In this document: one piece after another, positions 20,524-30,488 of the stretch
How positions within the stretch are numbered: position 1 is the first letter of the stretch
Layout: each line of letters opens with the position of its first letter
Assembly: GCA_023432995.1 (NCBI GenBank)
Contig: JAEZES010000151.1
Location: 1 to 60,770, forward strand
Direction: 5' to 3'
Length of the DNA stretch: 60,770 nucleotides
From: Pseudomonadota bacterium
GTDB taxonomy: Bacteria; Pseudomonadota; Alphaproteobacteria; Sphingomonadales; Sphingomonadaceae
Program-made: the position numbers and the translations under genes
Notes under the pieces: generated by a model
What the model was told of the DNA's origin: nothing
The model's input: the letters and a program-made list of their open reading frames with translations, nothing else
The model's database searches: none

Positions 20524-20695
20524 ATAGGCCTCCTGGAATTGGTTCAGGGCACGAACCGCGGTGCCTCTAGAGGGTCGGCCAAGGCAAGGCAATGCATCAG
20601 CGCGGCGAACCCGTGCGCAGCGCCCGCAGCCCCCGGGAACGTGCGTTGCGGCGGGTTGGCCGCTGTGCCATACGCACGCCGATTTTCCGACCAGG

Positions 20696-22189
20696 ATGGC
20701 GTTGATCCCCTTGCCCAAAACACTTTCCGGCCGTGCGGCTCCGCGGTGGCTTTCTCCCTGGATCCTGTTGATGCTGCTTCTCGGCGCTGTCGCGCTGACA
20801 GGCGGTTCGGCGCGTGCAGATGTCTCATCGCTGATCGTGCTCAGGCCGCTGTCCGGCGTGATCCTCGCGCTGGCGCTCGCTTTTGCCTCGTTCGGCCACC
20901 TGCGTCCGTATCGCTCATTGTTACTGGTGCTGGTGGGCGCCGTTGGCCTGCTGCTGCTCCACCTGGTTCCGCTGCCGCCGGAGGTCTGGCGGGCTCTTCC
21001 GGGTCGCGGCTTGCTCTCAGAAATCGATTCGGCGGCCGGGCTCGGCGAAATCTGGCGTCCTCTCAGCGCCGATCCGCTGATGACCCGAAACGCGTTGTGG
21101 TCGATGTTCGTGCCCCTCGCCGCGCTGGTCCTGGCCGCGCAACTCGACGAGCGCGATTCCCACCGCACCTTGGTGATCGTGCTCGGACTCGGGGTGGTCA
21201 GCGGTGTGCTCGGGGTGATGCAGTTTGCAGGCGGCCCGTCGAGCTCGTTATACACCTACGATATCACCAACAATGGCTTCGCCGTTGGGCTCTTCGCCAA
21301 CCGCAACCACCAGGCGATCTTCCTCGCCACGCTGTTTCCGCTCATCGCCGCCTACTCGGCGAACGGCCGCCGGGACGGACGCGACCGCAATCAGCGGATC
21401 ATCGGAACCCTCGCCGTCGCGGCGATGTTCGTGCCGACGATACTGGCCACCGGGTCTCGCGCCGGCTTGCTCGGGGCAGCCCTGGGGATCGCCGGGGCCG
21501 CCATCCTGTTGGTCCCGGTGGTGCGCAAGGAGCCAACCGCTCGGCGGGGCAAGAAGTGGCCGCGTTGGTGGCTGCCGGCAGCCATCGGGGCGATCTTCAT
21601 TCTGCTCAGCATCATGTTCGTCGGCCTCTCGCAGGGCAACGCGTTCGACCGCCTGGTAGCCGGCGAAGAGGGTGCGACCGAACTGCGATGGTCGTTCTGG
21701 GAGGTTTCGCTCGATGCGGCCCGGGCGTTCTTTCCGATCGGTGCCGGAATAGGCTCTTTCGTCAGGGTGTTTCAGGCCTTCGAGCCCGACGAACTGCTTG
21801 CGCTGACCTACGTGAACCACGCCCACAATGACTATGTCGAGTTGCTGCTCGACGGCGGAATTCCGGCGGTGGCGTTGGCCGCCGCAGCCCTGCTGATAGT
21901 CGCGCGGGACTCCTGGCGCGTGTGGTTCGTGAAGTCTGAGAGTACGCGCGTCGTCCTCGGACGCGCCGCGTCGATCGGCCTGATCACGCTCGCCGCGGCC
22001 AGCGCGGTCGATTACCCGCTGCGCACGCCCCTCCTCGCGGCGATTGCCTGCCTCTATGCCGTGTGGCTACGCCGCGGTGCGCTCGCCGCGCGCGATCCCG
22101 CCGCCGTCAGGTCGCATCCAGGATCGGAAGGGCGAAGCCCTCGATCCGAACGTTCTCGAGGCCGACGACGCGCGCACGCCCACCGGTAA
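20696..22189 (+). CDS. O-antigen ligase (Wzy_C) family membrane protein
   Basis: Multi-TM, FANRNH, TGSRAG, GIGSF, NHAHNDY, DYPLRTP. Confidence 0.88.
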   Translation: MALIPLPKTLSGRAAPRWLSPWILLMLLLGAVALTGGSARADVSSLIVLRPLSGVILALALAFASFGHLRPYRSLLLVLVGAVGLLLLHLVPLPPEVWRALPGRGLLSEIDSAAGLGEIWRPLSADPLMTRNALWSMFVPLAALVLAAQLDERDSHRTLVIVLGLGVVSGVLGVMQFAGGPSSSLYTYDITNNGFAVGLFANRNHQAIFLATLFPLIAAYSANGRRDGRDRNQRIIGTLAVAAMFVPTILATGSRAGLLGAALGIAGAAILLVPVVRKEPTARRGKKWPRWWLPAAIGAIFILLSIMFVGLSQGNAFDRLVAGEEGATELRWSFWEVSLDAARAFFPIGAGIGSFVRVFQAFEPDELLALTYVNHAHNDYVELLLDGGIPAVALAAAALLIVARDSWRVWFVKSESTRVVLGRAASIGLITLAAASAVDYPLRTPLLAAIACLYAVWLRRGALAARDPAAVRSHPGSEGRSPRSERSRGRRRAHAHR

Positions 22190-23759
22190 TCCGCACTCCC
22201 GCAGGCCTCGCCCCTGACTCTGGCGCCCGCAGGGTCGTGCGGTTGAAGCGAACCTCCCCGTTCATCCCGCGTAGGCGCACGGCAGCCGCTTCGGCCCGGC
22301 TTGGCGAGTCACCCGCTACGCCTGCCTCGATCCGGACGTTGTCGAAGACGACGTCGGCCCCGGCCGTCAGGATGACGCCGTTGCGAACCATGCCGCCGAG
22401 GGCGAAACGGCCGCCGCGTACGGTGGCTCCGGCGGGAAGGTCGAGTTCGACCTCGCGCGGGCTGACGACCGCCGTGACGCGACCGACATAGACCGTGCCC
22501 TGCGGATTGCCGCCCGCGATCCCGATCCAGGTGCCGACGTCGGCGGTGCGAAACACGTTGGTCGATGTTCGCAATCGGGTCGAGCCGCGCTCGAGCGAAG
22601 CGCCCGTTCCGCTCACCATCCGCTCGCGACGGTCCCGGATGGTCACGTTGCTCAGCGTCACGTCGCTGAATCCCGACGACAGGACGATGCCGTAAAGGTC
22701 GGGTTTCTCGGGGATGAGCAGGGCTGTCGGAGCGTTGCTCGGGTCTTCTATGACAACGTCGCTGATCGAGGCCCTGCGCGCGCTGACGAGGCCGATGCTT
22801 CCCTGTCGTGGCTCGCGCGAGGTCACTCGGGCAATATCGACCTGCTCCATCCACGAACCGTCGAGGAATTCGAAGTGGATGTCCCGGTTGCAACGGGTGA
22901 AGGTGCAGTCGCTGATGCGGACGTCGCGGACCGTGCGCAGCCTGCCGACGCCGCCTCCACCGACGGCGACTCCGTTGCCGGAACCGAGCCCGTAGTCGTC
23001 GATGTCTTCGAAGCGGCAGTCCGCCACCTCGCAATCGGTAAACGGCGGCATGGCACCGGATCCGCCATCGTTCTCGGGCACCACATACGAAAACTCGACC
23101 CCGTAATTGGCCAGGTTCGAGAACCGGCATCCCCGCACGGAAATCGCGCCGCTGTTGCGAAACAGCAGGCCGCTCTCGCCGCTGTTCAGGATGGCGCAGT
23201 CGCGAATTGCGATGCCGGAGGAGCGGAGGGCGAAGACCGCTGCGTTCGCGGGCCCGGCGATGCACGTGATGGAGGATATCATCTGCGACGCGTAGAGATT
23301 GCGCAGCAGGCCGGGCCGTCCGATCTTCATCGGACCTTCGCCACGCAAGTCGATCGTGCCGCCGCGCAGCTCGAAGCCGGCGTCACTCAGCCCCGACAGG
23401 ACAAAGATGCCCCGTGAAGTCGGGCCCGCCGGCGGTATTTTCTGCAACGTGGCGTCGGGCGCCAGCAGGACGCGGATGTTGCGGTGGCGGATGGCGACGC
23501 TGTTGAGCCGATAGGTTCCGGCCGGGACGTGCAGCGTGCCGCCGCCGGCGAGTTGGTCGCAAGCCTGCTGGAAGGCCGAAGTGTCGTCCCCCGTGCCGTC
23601 ACCGCGCGCGCCGAACTCGGCCACCGAAGCCTCTGCGGCAAGGGCGCGACCACCGCTGCACGAGGCTCCGAGCGAGATCACTCCGGCCAGCCCGGCGCGC
23701 AGCACTCCGCGTCGGCCGAGCTTGCCGCGAAAAGGCGAATTTGTGCTAGATGAACCCAT
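22107..23759 (-). CDS. Tat-exported right-handed beta-helix (pectate lyase 3-like) protein
   Basis: GRRGVL twin-arginine signal, FGARGDGTGDDTSAFQ...LHVPAGTY cap, repeated I.I.DC.F coils. Confidence 0.8.
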   Translation of the reverse strand: MGSSSTNSPFRGKLGRRGVLRAGLAGVISLGASCSGGRALAAEASVAEFGARGDGTGDDTSAFQQACDQLAGGGTLHVPAGTYRLNSVAIRHRNIRVLLAPDATLQKIPPAGPTSRGIFVLSGLSDAGFELRGGTIDLRGEGPMKIGRPGLLRNLYASQMISSITCIAGPANAAVFALRSSGIAIRDCAILNSGESGLLFRNSGAISVRGCRFSNLANYGVEFSYVVPENDGGSGAMPPFTDCEVADCRFEDIDDYGLGSGNGVAVGGGGVGRLRTVRDVRISDCTFTRCNRDIHFEFLDGSWMEQVDIARVTSREPRQGSIGLVSARRASISDVVIEDPSNAPTALLIPEKPDLYGIVLSSGFSDVTLSNVTIRDRRERMVSGTGASLERGSTRLRTSTNVFRTADVGTWIGIAGGNPQGTVYVGRVTAVVSPREVELDLPAGATVRGGRFALGGMVRNGVILTAGADVVFDNVRIEAGVAGDSPSRAEAAAVRLRGMNGEVRFNRTTLRAPESGARPAGVRITGGRARVVGLENVRIEGFALPILDAT

Positions 23760-23826
23760 GGCTTGCCGTTAGCAGGTAACTGGATTTGCCCCGCAACGCC
23801 ATGTTGTCGCAGGATTTCAATTCAAC

Positions 23827-24741
23827 ATGCTCAATCGCCTGACGCGACGCGCCGCCGACATCTACTATGCGCTCACCGACGAGCGGCACAGGGCGTTCAA
23901 CGCCCAGCGTAAGATCACCGACATCAATCGGCGAACCCACGCCGCACGGATGCAAGCGGCCAGGCTACCACGGTCAACCGTGGGCTCGGCCGACGTCGAC
24001 GGCGCGGCTGTGGCAACGCTCAATTCGGCCGGATGGCTGGCCCTGCCCGACCTGATCCGACCGCAATGGATCGACGACATCCGGACCTATTTCGCGACGC
24101 AGACCGCACGCGACCCGCACCGCCCCGAGCTGGGCCGGTTTTTCGCGCCCGACGGCGTGCCCCCTGAAACGCACGTCAGCCACTACGATAACGAACAGAT
24201 CGTTCGGGCGCCGCATCTGCTCGCCATCGCCAACGATCCACGTGTCCTGGGCATCGTCGAGGCGTGGATGGGCGGGAAGCCGACCCTGGCAGCGATGCGC
24301 GTATGGTGGTCGACCCCGAGCGCGAGCGGGGAGCCCGAACACGCCGAGCTGTTCCATCGCGATGTCGACGACCTGCAGTTCATCAAGCTGTTCGTCTTCC
24401 TGACGGACGTGACCGAGGACACCGGGCCGCACATTTTCGTGGAAGGTTCTCCACAGATCAACAAGCTGACCGAGATCCGCCGGTACAGCGACGAGGAGGT
24501 CGAGCAAACGTTCGGAACCTCGGCGGTCAGGACCTTCACCGGACCGGCGGGCACGGCCTTCCTGGAGAACACCTACGGGATGCACCGCGGCCTGCCGCCG
24601 CGGACCGGGCCCCGGCTCATTTTCCAGCCGCTTTATGCCCAGCGTCCGCTGATCTTCGGCCCCGCGAAGCCGGTCATAAGCGCCTCAGAACTCTCGATTA
24701 AGGTTGATCCCTACGTCAACCGCGTGTTCGTGCAATCCTAG
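23827..24741 (+). CDS. PhyH-like Fe(II)/2-oxoglutarate dioxygenase
   Basis: FHRD (HxD), KLFVFLTDV, GPH, distal HRG and R. Confidence 0.82.
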   Translation: MLNRLTRRAADIYYALTDERHRAFNAQRKITDINRRTHAARMQAARLPRSTVGSADVDGAAVATLNSAGWLALPDLIRPQWIDDIRTYFATQTARDPHRPELGRFFAPDGVPPETHVSHYDNEQIVRAPHLLAIANDPRVLGIVEAWMGGKPTLAAMRVWWSTPSASGEPEHAELFHRDVDDLQFIKLFVFLTDVTEDTGPHIFVEGSPQINKLTEIRRYSDEEVEQTFGTSAVRTFTGPAGTAFLENTYGMHRGLPPRTGPRLIFQPLYAQRPLIFGPAKPVISASELSIKVDPYVNRVFVQS

Positions 24742-24901
24742 GCATGTGGCTTGCAGACGGTCCCGGCCTTCGTTACCGGCCGTGCGCATCGCCGGTCCGT
24801 GGTACGACCACCGCGTCGACCTGCGCACTTCGGGTGTGACGAGCAGTCAGGGTACCGTCCCGCTGCTTGCCGCGTCCGCGAGGGATAGCTTGGAGTCTTG
24901 A

Positions 24902-27106
24902 ATGAACATGGCGACTGAAGCCTTCGAGCGGCTACCTCCGGGTTTGCCCGCTGGTCGGGAGAGCGGACAGCGAGAGTTCGTCCCCCCGATCCTGAAGCAG
25001 TATTGGGATGCGGTACAGCGTCGCAAGACCACGATCCTGATCATCGTCGCCGCCACGCTGATCGCCGGCGTGATCATGACGTTGATGATGCCGCAGAAAT
25101 ATACTGCCACCTCGCAACTCGAAATCAGCCGCGAACAGAAGCAAGTCACCAATGTCGAGGGCCTCGAGGCGCAGTCCGCCGGGCAAGACATGGAGTTCTA
25201 TTCTACCCAGTACGCCTTGCTGCGTACGCGACCGGTCGTTGAACGCGTCGTGCGCGACCTGCAACTGGCCCGCAACGACGAATTCTTCGCGGCTCATGGC
25301 GTCGATATCGACGCCCTCGAAGAGCTGGCTGCCACCGGGGGCCGCAACGCGCGCGAGGACGCTGCGGTGCGCCTGCTGCTCGACAGCGCGTCGATCGAAC
25401 CGATCCGCACTTCGAGCCTCGTGAACATCAACTACACCAGCCGCTCACCCGACCTGTCTGCCAGGATCGCCAACGGCTGGGCTTCGGCCTTCATCGCGGT
25501 CAGCATGGATCGCCAGTTCGCGTCGACCGCCGATGCCCGCGAGTTCCTCGAGAACCGCCTCGCCACCCTGCGGGAGCGGCTAGAGGACTCGGAGCGCGAG
25601 GCCGTAAACTACGCGGCCGACCAGGGCATCGTCGCGATCGATCAGATCCGCGACAACGAGGGCCGCACACTCGGCAACCGGACGCTGACTGGTGCCAATC
25701 TCGACGCGCTCAATGAAGCGCTCAACAAGGCGATCGCCGACCGCGTCCAGGCGCAGGCCGGACTGTCTGCCACCGGCGCGGTGTCGCCGGAGGCGCTCAG
25801 CAGCCCCGTTCTCGCCTCCCTGCGGGATCAGCGCGAGACGGCCGCCGCGCGAGCGGCCCAGCTGTCCGTGCAGTTCGAAGAGAGCTACCCGGGGCTTCGC
25901 GCGGTGCGCGAACAGATTGAGTCGCTCGACAGCGCCATCCGCCAGGAAACCGCGCGCATCGCGCAGTCGCGCCGGGAAATCTACCAGCAGGCGGTACAAC
26001 GGGAAAACGCCCTTCGCCGACAGGTCGAGTTGCTGCGCAACGAACTCACCTCGCAGAACCGGGCCAGCATTCAGTACAACATCTACCAGCGCGATGCGGA
26101 CACCAACCGCCAGCTCTATGATGCTCTGCTCCAGCGCTACAAGGAAATCGGGGTCGCCGGTACGGTGGGCATCAGCAACATTGCTATCGTCGAATCGGCA
26201 GAAGTGCCCGATTCGCCATCGTCGCCGAACCTGCTGTTCAACCTGCTGCTCGCGGGCGTCACCGGGCTGCTGATCGCAGGGGCCGTGACGATCGCCCTCG
26301 AGCAGATCGACGAAGGCATCCGAACCCCGGCACAAGTCCAGGGTAGGCTCGGCTTGCCGCTGCTCGGCACCGCTCCCGACGTCGAGGACGAAGTGCGCGA
26401 GCAACTGCTCGACAGCAAATCGCTGCTCTACGAGGCCTACTTCAGTATCCGCTCGAACCTGGCCTTCACGACCAGCCACGGATTCCCTCGCGCGCTGGCC
26501 GTCACCAGTACGCGTCCGGCGGAAGGCAAGAGTTCGACCTCCTTCGCGCTCGCCACGATCCTGGCCCGCCTCGGCAAGCGCGTGCTGTTGCTCGACGGCG
26601 ACATGCGCTCACCGACGGTCCACGAGCTCGTGGACATCGCCAACGAGGCCGGGCTGAGCAATTATCTGGCGGGCGACGACAACTGCGAGGCGCTTGTCCG
26701 GGAAACCGCCCATCAGAACCTCTATGCCATGACGGCGGGGCCGGTCCCGCCCAGCGCGGCCGAGCTGCTGAGCGGCGAGCGGCTCAGCCGACTTCTGCAC
26801 ATCCTGCTGGAATCGTTCGATCATGTCGTGGTCGATGCCCCGCCCGTCCTCGGGCTCACGGACGCCCCGATCATCAGCCGGACCGTCGAAGGCTGCGTTC
26901 TCGTGGTCGAAGCGAACGGCGTGGCGGTGCGGGCGATCCGCAATTCGGTCGAGCGGCTCGAGATGGTCGGGGGCCACATCTTCGGCGTGGTCCTCACCAA
27001 GGTCCGCCAGCAGGCCGACGGGTACGGCTACGGATACGGCTACGGGTACGGCCTCGAGTACGGCAAGTCGGGTCGCGATAAGAGCGAAGAAGCGCTGGAG
27101 GCTTAG
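24902..27106 (+). CDS. wzc: Polysaccharide co-polymerase / BY-kinase
   Basis: Two TMs around a coiled coil, Walker A (AEGKS), DGDMR, VVVDAPP, C-terminal GYGYGYGYGY cluster. Confidence 0.95.
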   Translation: MNMATEAFERLPPGLPAGRESGQREFVPPILKQYWDAVQRRKTTILIIVAATLIAGVIMTLMMPQKYTATSQLEISREQKQVTNVEGLEAQSAGQDMEFYSTQYALLRTRPVVERVVRDLQLARNDEFFAAHGVDIDALEELAATGGRNAREDAAVRLLLDSASIEPIRTSSLVNINYTSRSPDLSARIANGWASAFIAVSMDRQFASTADAREFLENRLATLRERLEDSEREAVNYAADQGIVAIDQIRDNEGRTLGNRTLTGANLDALNEALNKAIADRVQAQAGLSATGAVSPEALSSPVLASLRDQRETAAARAAQLSVQFEESYPGLRAVREQIESLDSAIRQETARIAQSRREIYQQAVQRENALRRQVELLRNELTSQNRASIQYNIYQRDADTNRQLYDALLQRYKEIGVAGTVGISNIAIVESAEVPDSPSSPNLLFNLLLAGVTGLLIAGAVTIALEQIDEGIRTPAQVQGRLGLPLLGTAPDVEDEVREQLLDSKSLLYEAYFSIRSNLAFTTSHGFPRALAVTSTRPAEGKSSTSFALATILARLGKRVLLLDGDMRSPTVHELVDIANEAGLSNYLAGDDNCEALVRETAHQNLYAMTAGPVPPSAAELLSGERLSRLLHILLESFDHVVVDAPPVLGLTDAPIISRTVEGCVLVVEANGVAVRAIRNSVERLEMVGGHIFGVVLTKVRQQADGYGYGYGYGYGLEYGKSGRDKSEEALEA

Positions 27107-27108
27107 GC

Positions 27109-28296
27109 TTGCTCGCCGTCTTCGCCCGTTCGACCTGGCATCGCTGGATTCTGGGCGGACTCGCGCTCTTGTGCACCGGTTTCGCGGCGCGTGACGCGCT
27201 GACTGCGGTCTTCAGCCGCTCGAATCCCGCGCTCGTCCTTTCGATCGATCCGGCCGACCCTCGCGCCATGCCTCTGATGATGGAAACGCTTGCCCTGGGC
27301 AACGGGGAGCCGCCCGCCCGCGCAACCGAGCGTCTTCGCCGCGGCCTCGCGACCATGCCGTTGTCGTCTCGCGCCCTCCGGCTTCTCGGCGAGACCCCGG
27401 AATTCCAGCGCCCGCCCGAGCGCGGAGCACGGTTGCTCGCGCTCGCCGGAAACGTCTCGCGGCGCGACAAGCTGACGCAGGTTCGCCTGGCCGAAGCGGC
27501 GCTCATTCGCGCCGACGCCAAGGGCACCATGCAGCACATCAATGCCGCGCTCAGCACCAGCCGGAGTGCGCACGAGCTGTTGTTTCCCCTTCTTACGCAG
27601 GCGCTTCGCGACCGCGAGTTCCGGCCCACGGTCGCGCAATATGTCGACCATATCTGGGGAGACGAATTTCTCTACTTCGCGGCTCAGAACGGCGATTCCG
27701 CGAATGTGCTCGACCTGGCGCTGCGCAACCCTGCGGTTCAGCGCGAGGACCGCTTCGCTGCCTTCAGGGGCGAACTCATCGGCCATCTGGTCGCGGACGG
27801 GCGGACCCCCCTGGCGGTTTCCTACGCCCGCCGGGTCATGGGCAGCGATGCGCCGGTCACGGTCGATCCGAGATTCAGCGCGGCGACGACCGATCCCAGG
27901 CTCGCCCCGCTGAGCTGGCGCCTGACGAACAACGGCGGCCTGTTTGGCGACGCCACGGCGAGCGGCGCCCATCTGTCGGCCGATCCGGGCGCGCGCGGCA
28001 CGGCCCTCGAGCGCGTCATGGCCCTGGCACCCGGTCGCTGGAGCCTCGCGTCCACCGTCGAGCAGGTCGCTGCGTCGCGAGGCTTCCGGGCGGAGTGGCA
28101 TGCCAACTGCGTTGTCGGCAGATCGTCTCGTTCGCTCGCGATCGGGCCTGCCAGCCCGCGCGCCGCACGGTTGACCTTCACCGTTCCCGAAAGCTGCGAG
28201 GCGGTGCGCCTGTCGGTAATGCTCTACAATCCTGACGATCAGAACGCGGGCGAGCTACGGATCACCGGCCTCGCCCTCACCCATTCGGGGGACTGA
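27109..28296 (+). CDS. Hypothetical periplasmic protein (helical N-part, beta C-part) following wzc
   Basis: N-terminal TM, SRRD motif, PLSW; directly after wzc; start uncertain. Confidence 0.65.
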   Translation: MLAVFARSTWHRWILGGLALLCTGFAARDALTAVFSRSNPALVLSIDPADPRAMPLMMETLALGNGEPPARATERLRRGLATMPLSSRALRLLGETPEFQRPPERGARLLALAGNVSRRDKLTQVRLAEAALIRADAKGTMQHINAALSTSRSAHELLFPLLTQALRDREFRPTVAQYVDHIWGDEFLYFAAQNGDSANVLDLALRNPAVQREDRFAAFRGELIGHLVADGRTPLAVSYARRVMGSDAPVTVDPRFSAATTDPRLAPLSWRLTNNGGLFGDATASGAHLSADPGARGTALERVMALAPGRWSLASTVEQVAASRGFRAEWHANCVVGRSSRSLAIGPASPRAARLTFTVPESCEAVRLSVMLYNPDDQNAGELRITGLALTHSGD

Positions 28297-28300
28297 CGCA

Positions 28301-29338
28301 GTGGAGATCGCAGGTCGACCGATCGGTCCAGAACATCCGCCGTTCGTGATCGCCGAGGTCGCGCAGACCCATGAGGGCAGCCTGGGCAACGCCTTTGCGT
28401 TTGCCGAAGTGGCGCGGGACTGCGGGGCACACGCGATCAAGTTCCAGACGCATATCGCCGATCAGGAAAGCACGCCCGCCGAGCCCTGGCGCATTCCTTT
28501 CAGTCGCCAAGACGCGAGCCGTTACGACTACTGGCGGCGCATGGAGTTCACCTTCGAGCAGTGGGCGGAACTCAAGGCGCACTGCGATGCGCTCGGCATC
28601 ATCTTTCTCAGCTCGCCATTTTCGATCCGCGCCTGCGAGTGGCTCGAGCGTCTCGACATGCCCGCATGGAAGGTGGCCTCGGGCGAAATCCGTAACGGGC
28701 AGTTGCTCGACTTCATGCGTCGCACGGCGAAGCCGATACTGCTGTCCACAGGGCTGGCGGACCCCGACGAGGCCATCGCCATCGCCCGCGGGCTGGCCGA
28801 CCAGAACCACGACGTCGCCCTATTCCACTGCACCACGCAGTATCCGACCCCTCCGGAGCAGGTCGGCTTGAATGTCCTCGAGGACTATCTCGACCGCCTT
28901 GCCGATATCCCGGTGGGACTGTCCGACCATTCGGGTAGGCCGGTGGCCGGCACGCTTGCCGCCTATCTCGGCGCTTCGCTGCTCGAGGTGCATCTGACAT
29001 TCAATTCCAAGGCTTTCGGTCCCGACGTCAGTTCGTCGCTGACTCCCGATGGTCTCCGCCAGCTCGTGGAAAACAGCCACGCCGCCTGGCAGATGCGTCG
29101 AAACCCCGTCGACAAGGCGGAGCAACTGGCGGGACTCGCCAAGATCCGCACGACTTTCGGACGCAGCCTGTTCACTCGGGAGGCGCTCCCGGCCGGTACC
29201 ACGCTTTCGGAGGATAACCTGGCCTACAAGAAGCCCGCCGGCGGCCTGGCCTATGAAGACCGCCATCTCCTGCTTGGCCGCAAGTTGCGGCGGGCCCTCG
29301 AGAGCGACCACATGCTGAGTGTCGACGATGTCATCTAG
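28301..29338 (+). CDS. neuB: N-acetylneuraminate (nonulosonate) synthase with C-terminal SAF domain
   Basis: IAEVAQTH, IKFQTH, KVASGE, HCTTQYP, GLSDHSG, EVH. Confidence 0.93.
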   Translation: MEIAGRPIGPEHPPFVIAEVAQTHEGSLGNAFAFAEVARDCGAHAIKFQTHIADQESTPAEPWRIPFSRQDASRYDYWRRMEFTFEQWAELKAHCDALGIIFLSSPFSIRACEWLERLDMPAWKVASGEIRNGQLLDFMRRTAKPILLSTGLADPDEAIAIARGLADQNHDVALFHCTTQYPTPPEQVGLNVLEDYLDRLADIPVGLSDHSGRPVAGTLAAYLGASLLEVHLTFNSKAFGPDVSSSLTPDGLRQLVENSHAAWQMRRNPVDKAEQLAGLAKIRTTFGRSLFTREALPAGTTLSEDNLAYKKPAGGLAYEDRHLLLGRKLRRALESDHMLSVDDVI

Positions 29339-30488
29339 GAAAGTCCTCGTCGCGATCACCGCTCGGCCGAGCTATTCGCGAATCCGCTCGGCGCTCAAGC
29401 ACCTGGCGGAAAACTCATCGGTCGAACTCAAGTTGCTCTGCTCGGGCTCGGCCCTGCTGGACCGCTATGGCCGGGTGGTCGACTTCATCCGCAGCGACGG
29501 GTTCGACGTGGTCGACGAGATCTACACCTTCATCGAAGGCGACGACCTCATCAACATGGCGCTGACGGCTTCCAACACGATCGCCCATACGGCCGCCGTC
29601 CTGCGGCGCGAGAAACCCGACCTGGTCGTGACCGTGGCCGATCGCTACGAGACCATCGGAACCGCCATCGCGGCGTCCTACATGAACATTCCCCTGGTCC
29701 ATGTGCAGGGCGGAGAGCTCACGGGGAACATCGACGAGAAGGTGCGCCATGCGATCACCAAGCTCGCCGACCTGCACCTGCCCTCTACCCAAGGTGCAGC
29801 ACGCCGGCTCGAACGCATGGGCGAACACCCGAACTCCATTCACGTGACGGGTTGTCCGTCGATCGACATTGCGCGGGAAGCACTCGACATTCCGTTGAGC
29901 ACTGTGGTGCAGGAAATCGGCCGGGTGGCCGCCGGCGACGATTTCGAGCTCAACGGCGACTACGTGGTCGTCCTGCTGCACCCCGAAACCGACGCGCACG
30001 AGCGCAGCTTCGAGCAGATGTCGATGCTGCTCGACGTGGTAGCACAGCTGCACGTTCCGACCGTGCTGTTCTGGCCGAACGTCGACGCCGGGTCCGACGG
30101 CACGTCCAAGGCCGTCCGCGTGTTTCGCGAAAGCGGGCGCGACGACCATTTCACGTTCGTGAAGAACCTCGAGGGTCACTTGTTCCTCGCGCTGCTGCGC
30201 GATGCCCGCTGCCTGATCGGTAATTCGAGCGTCGGAATCCGCGAGTGCTCGTTCCTCGGCACGCCGGTGATCAACGTCGGCGACCGCCAGGAGGGGCGCG
30301 AGCGCGCCGGCAATGTCCTCGACGTCGCCTGGGACCGGACCAGCCTCGAGGAGGCGGTGCACAGCCAGATGACGCACGGCAAATACCCGTCGAGCACGCT
30401 CTACGGCGATGGTCACGCCGGACCGATCATCGCACACACCATAGCCACCGCCGAGCCGTCGTTCGCCAAGCGTTTTCACGATGGGTGA
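29328..30488 (+). CDS. neuC: Hydrolysing UDP-GlcNAc 2-epimerase
   Basis: ARPSY, DRYE, HVQGGE, DEKVRHAITKL, GNSS, GDRQEGRE. Confidence 0.93.
   Translation: MSSRKVLVAITARPSYSRIRSALKHLAENSSVELKLLCSGSALLDRYGRVVDFIRSDGFDVVDEIYTFIEGDDLINMALTASNTIAHTAAVLRREKPDLVVTVADRYETIGTAIAASYMNIPLVHVQGGELTGNIDEKVRHAITKLADLHLPSTQGAARRLERMGEHPNSIHVTGCPSIDIAREALDIPLSTVVQEIGRVAAGDDFELNGDYVVVLLHPETDAHERSFEQMSMLLDVVAQLHVPTVLFWPNVDAGSDGTSKAVRVFRESGRDDHFTFVKNLEGHLFLALLRDARCLIGNSSVGIRECSFLGTPVINVGDRQEGRERAGNVLDVAWDRTSLEEAVHSQMTHGKYPSSTLYGDGHAGPIIAHTIATAEPSFAKRFHDG

Noticed and set aside
27020..27063. GGNTAC hexamer repeat
   Set aside because: Encodes the standard Wzc tyrosine cluster; synonymous variation argues against a slippage locus.
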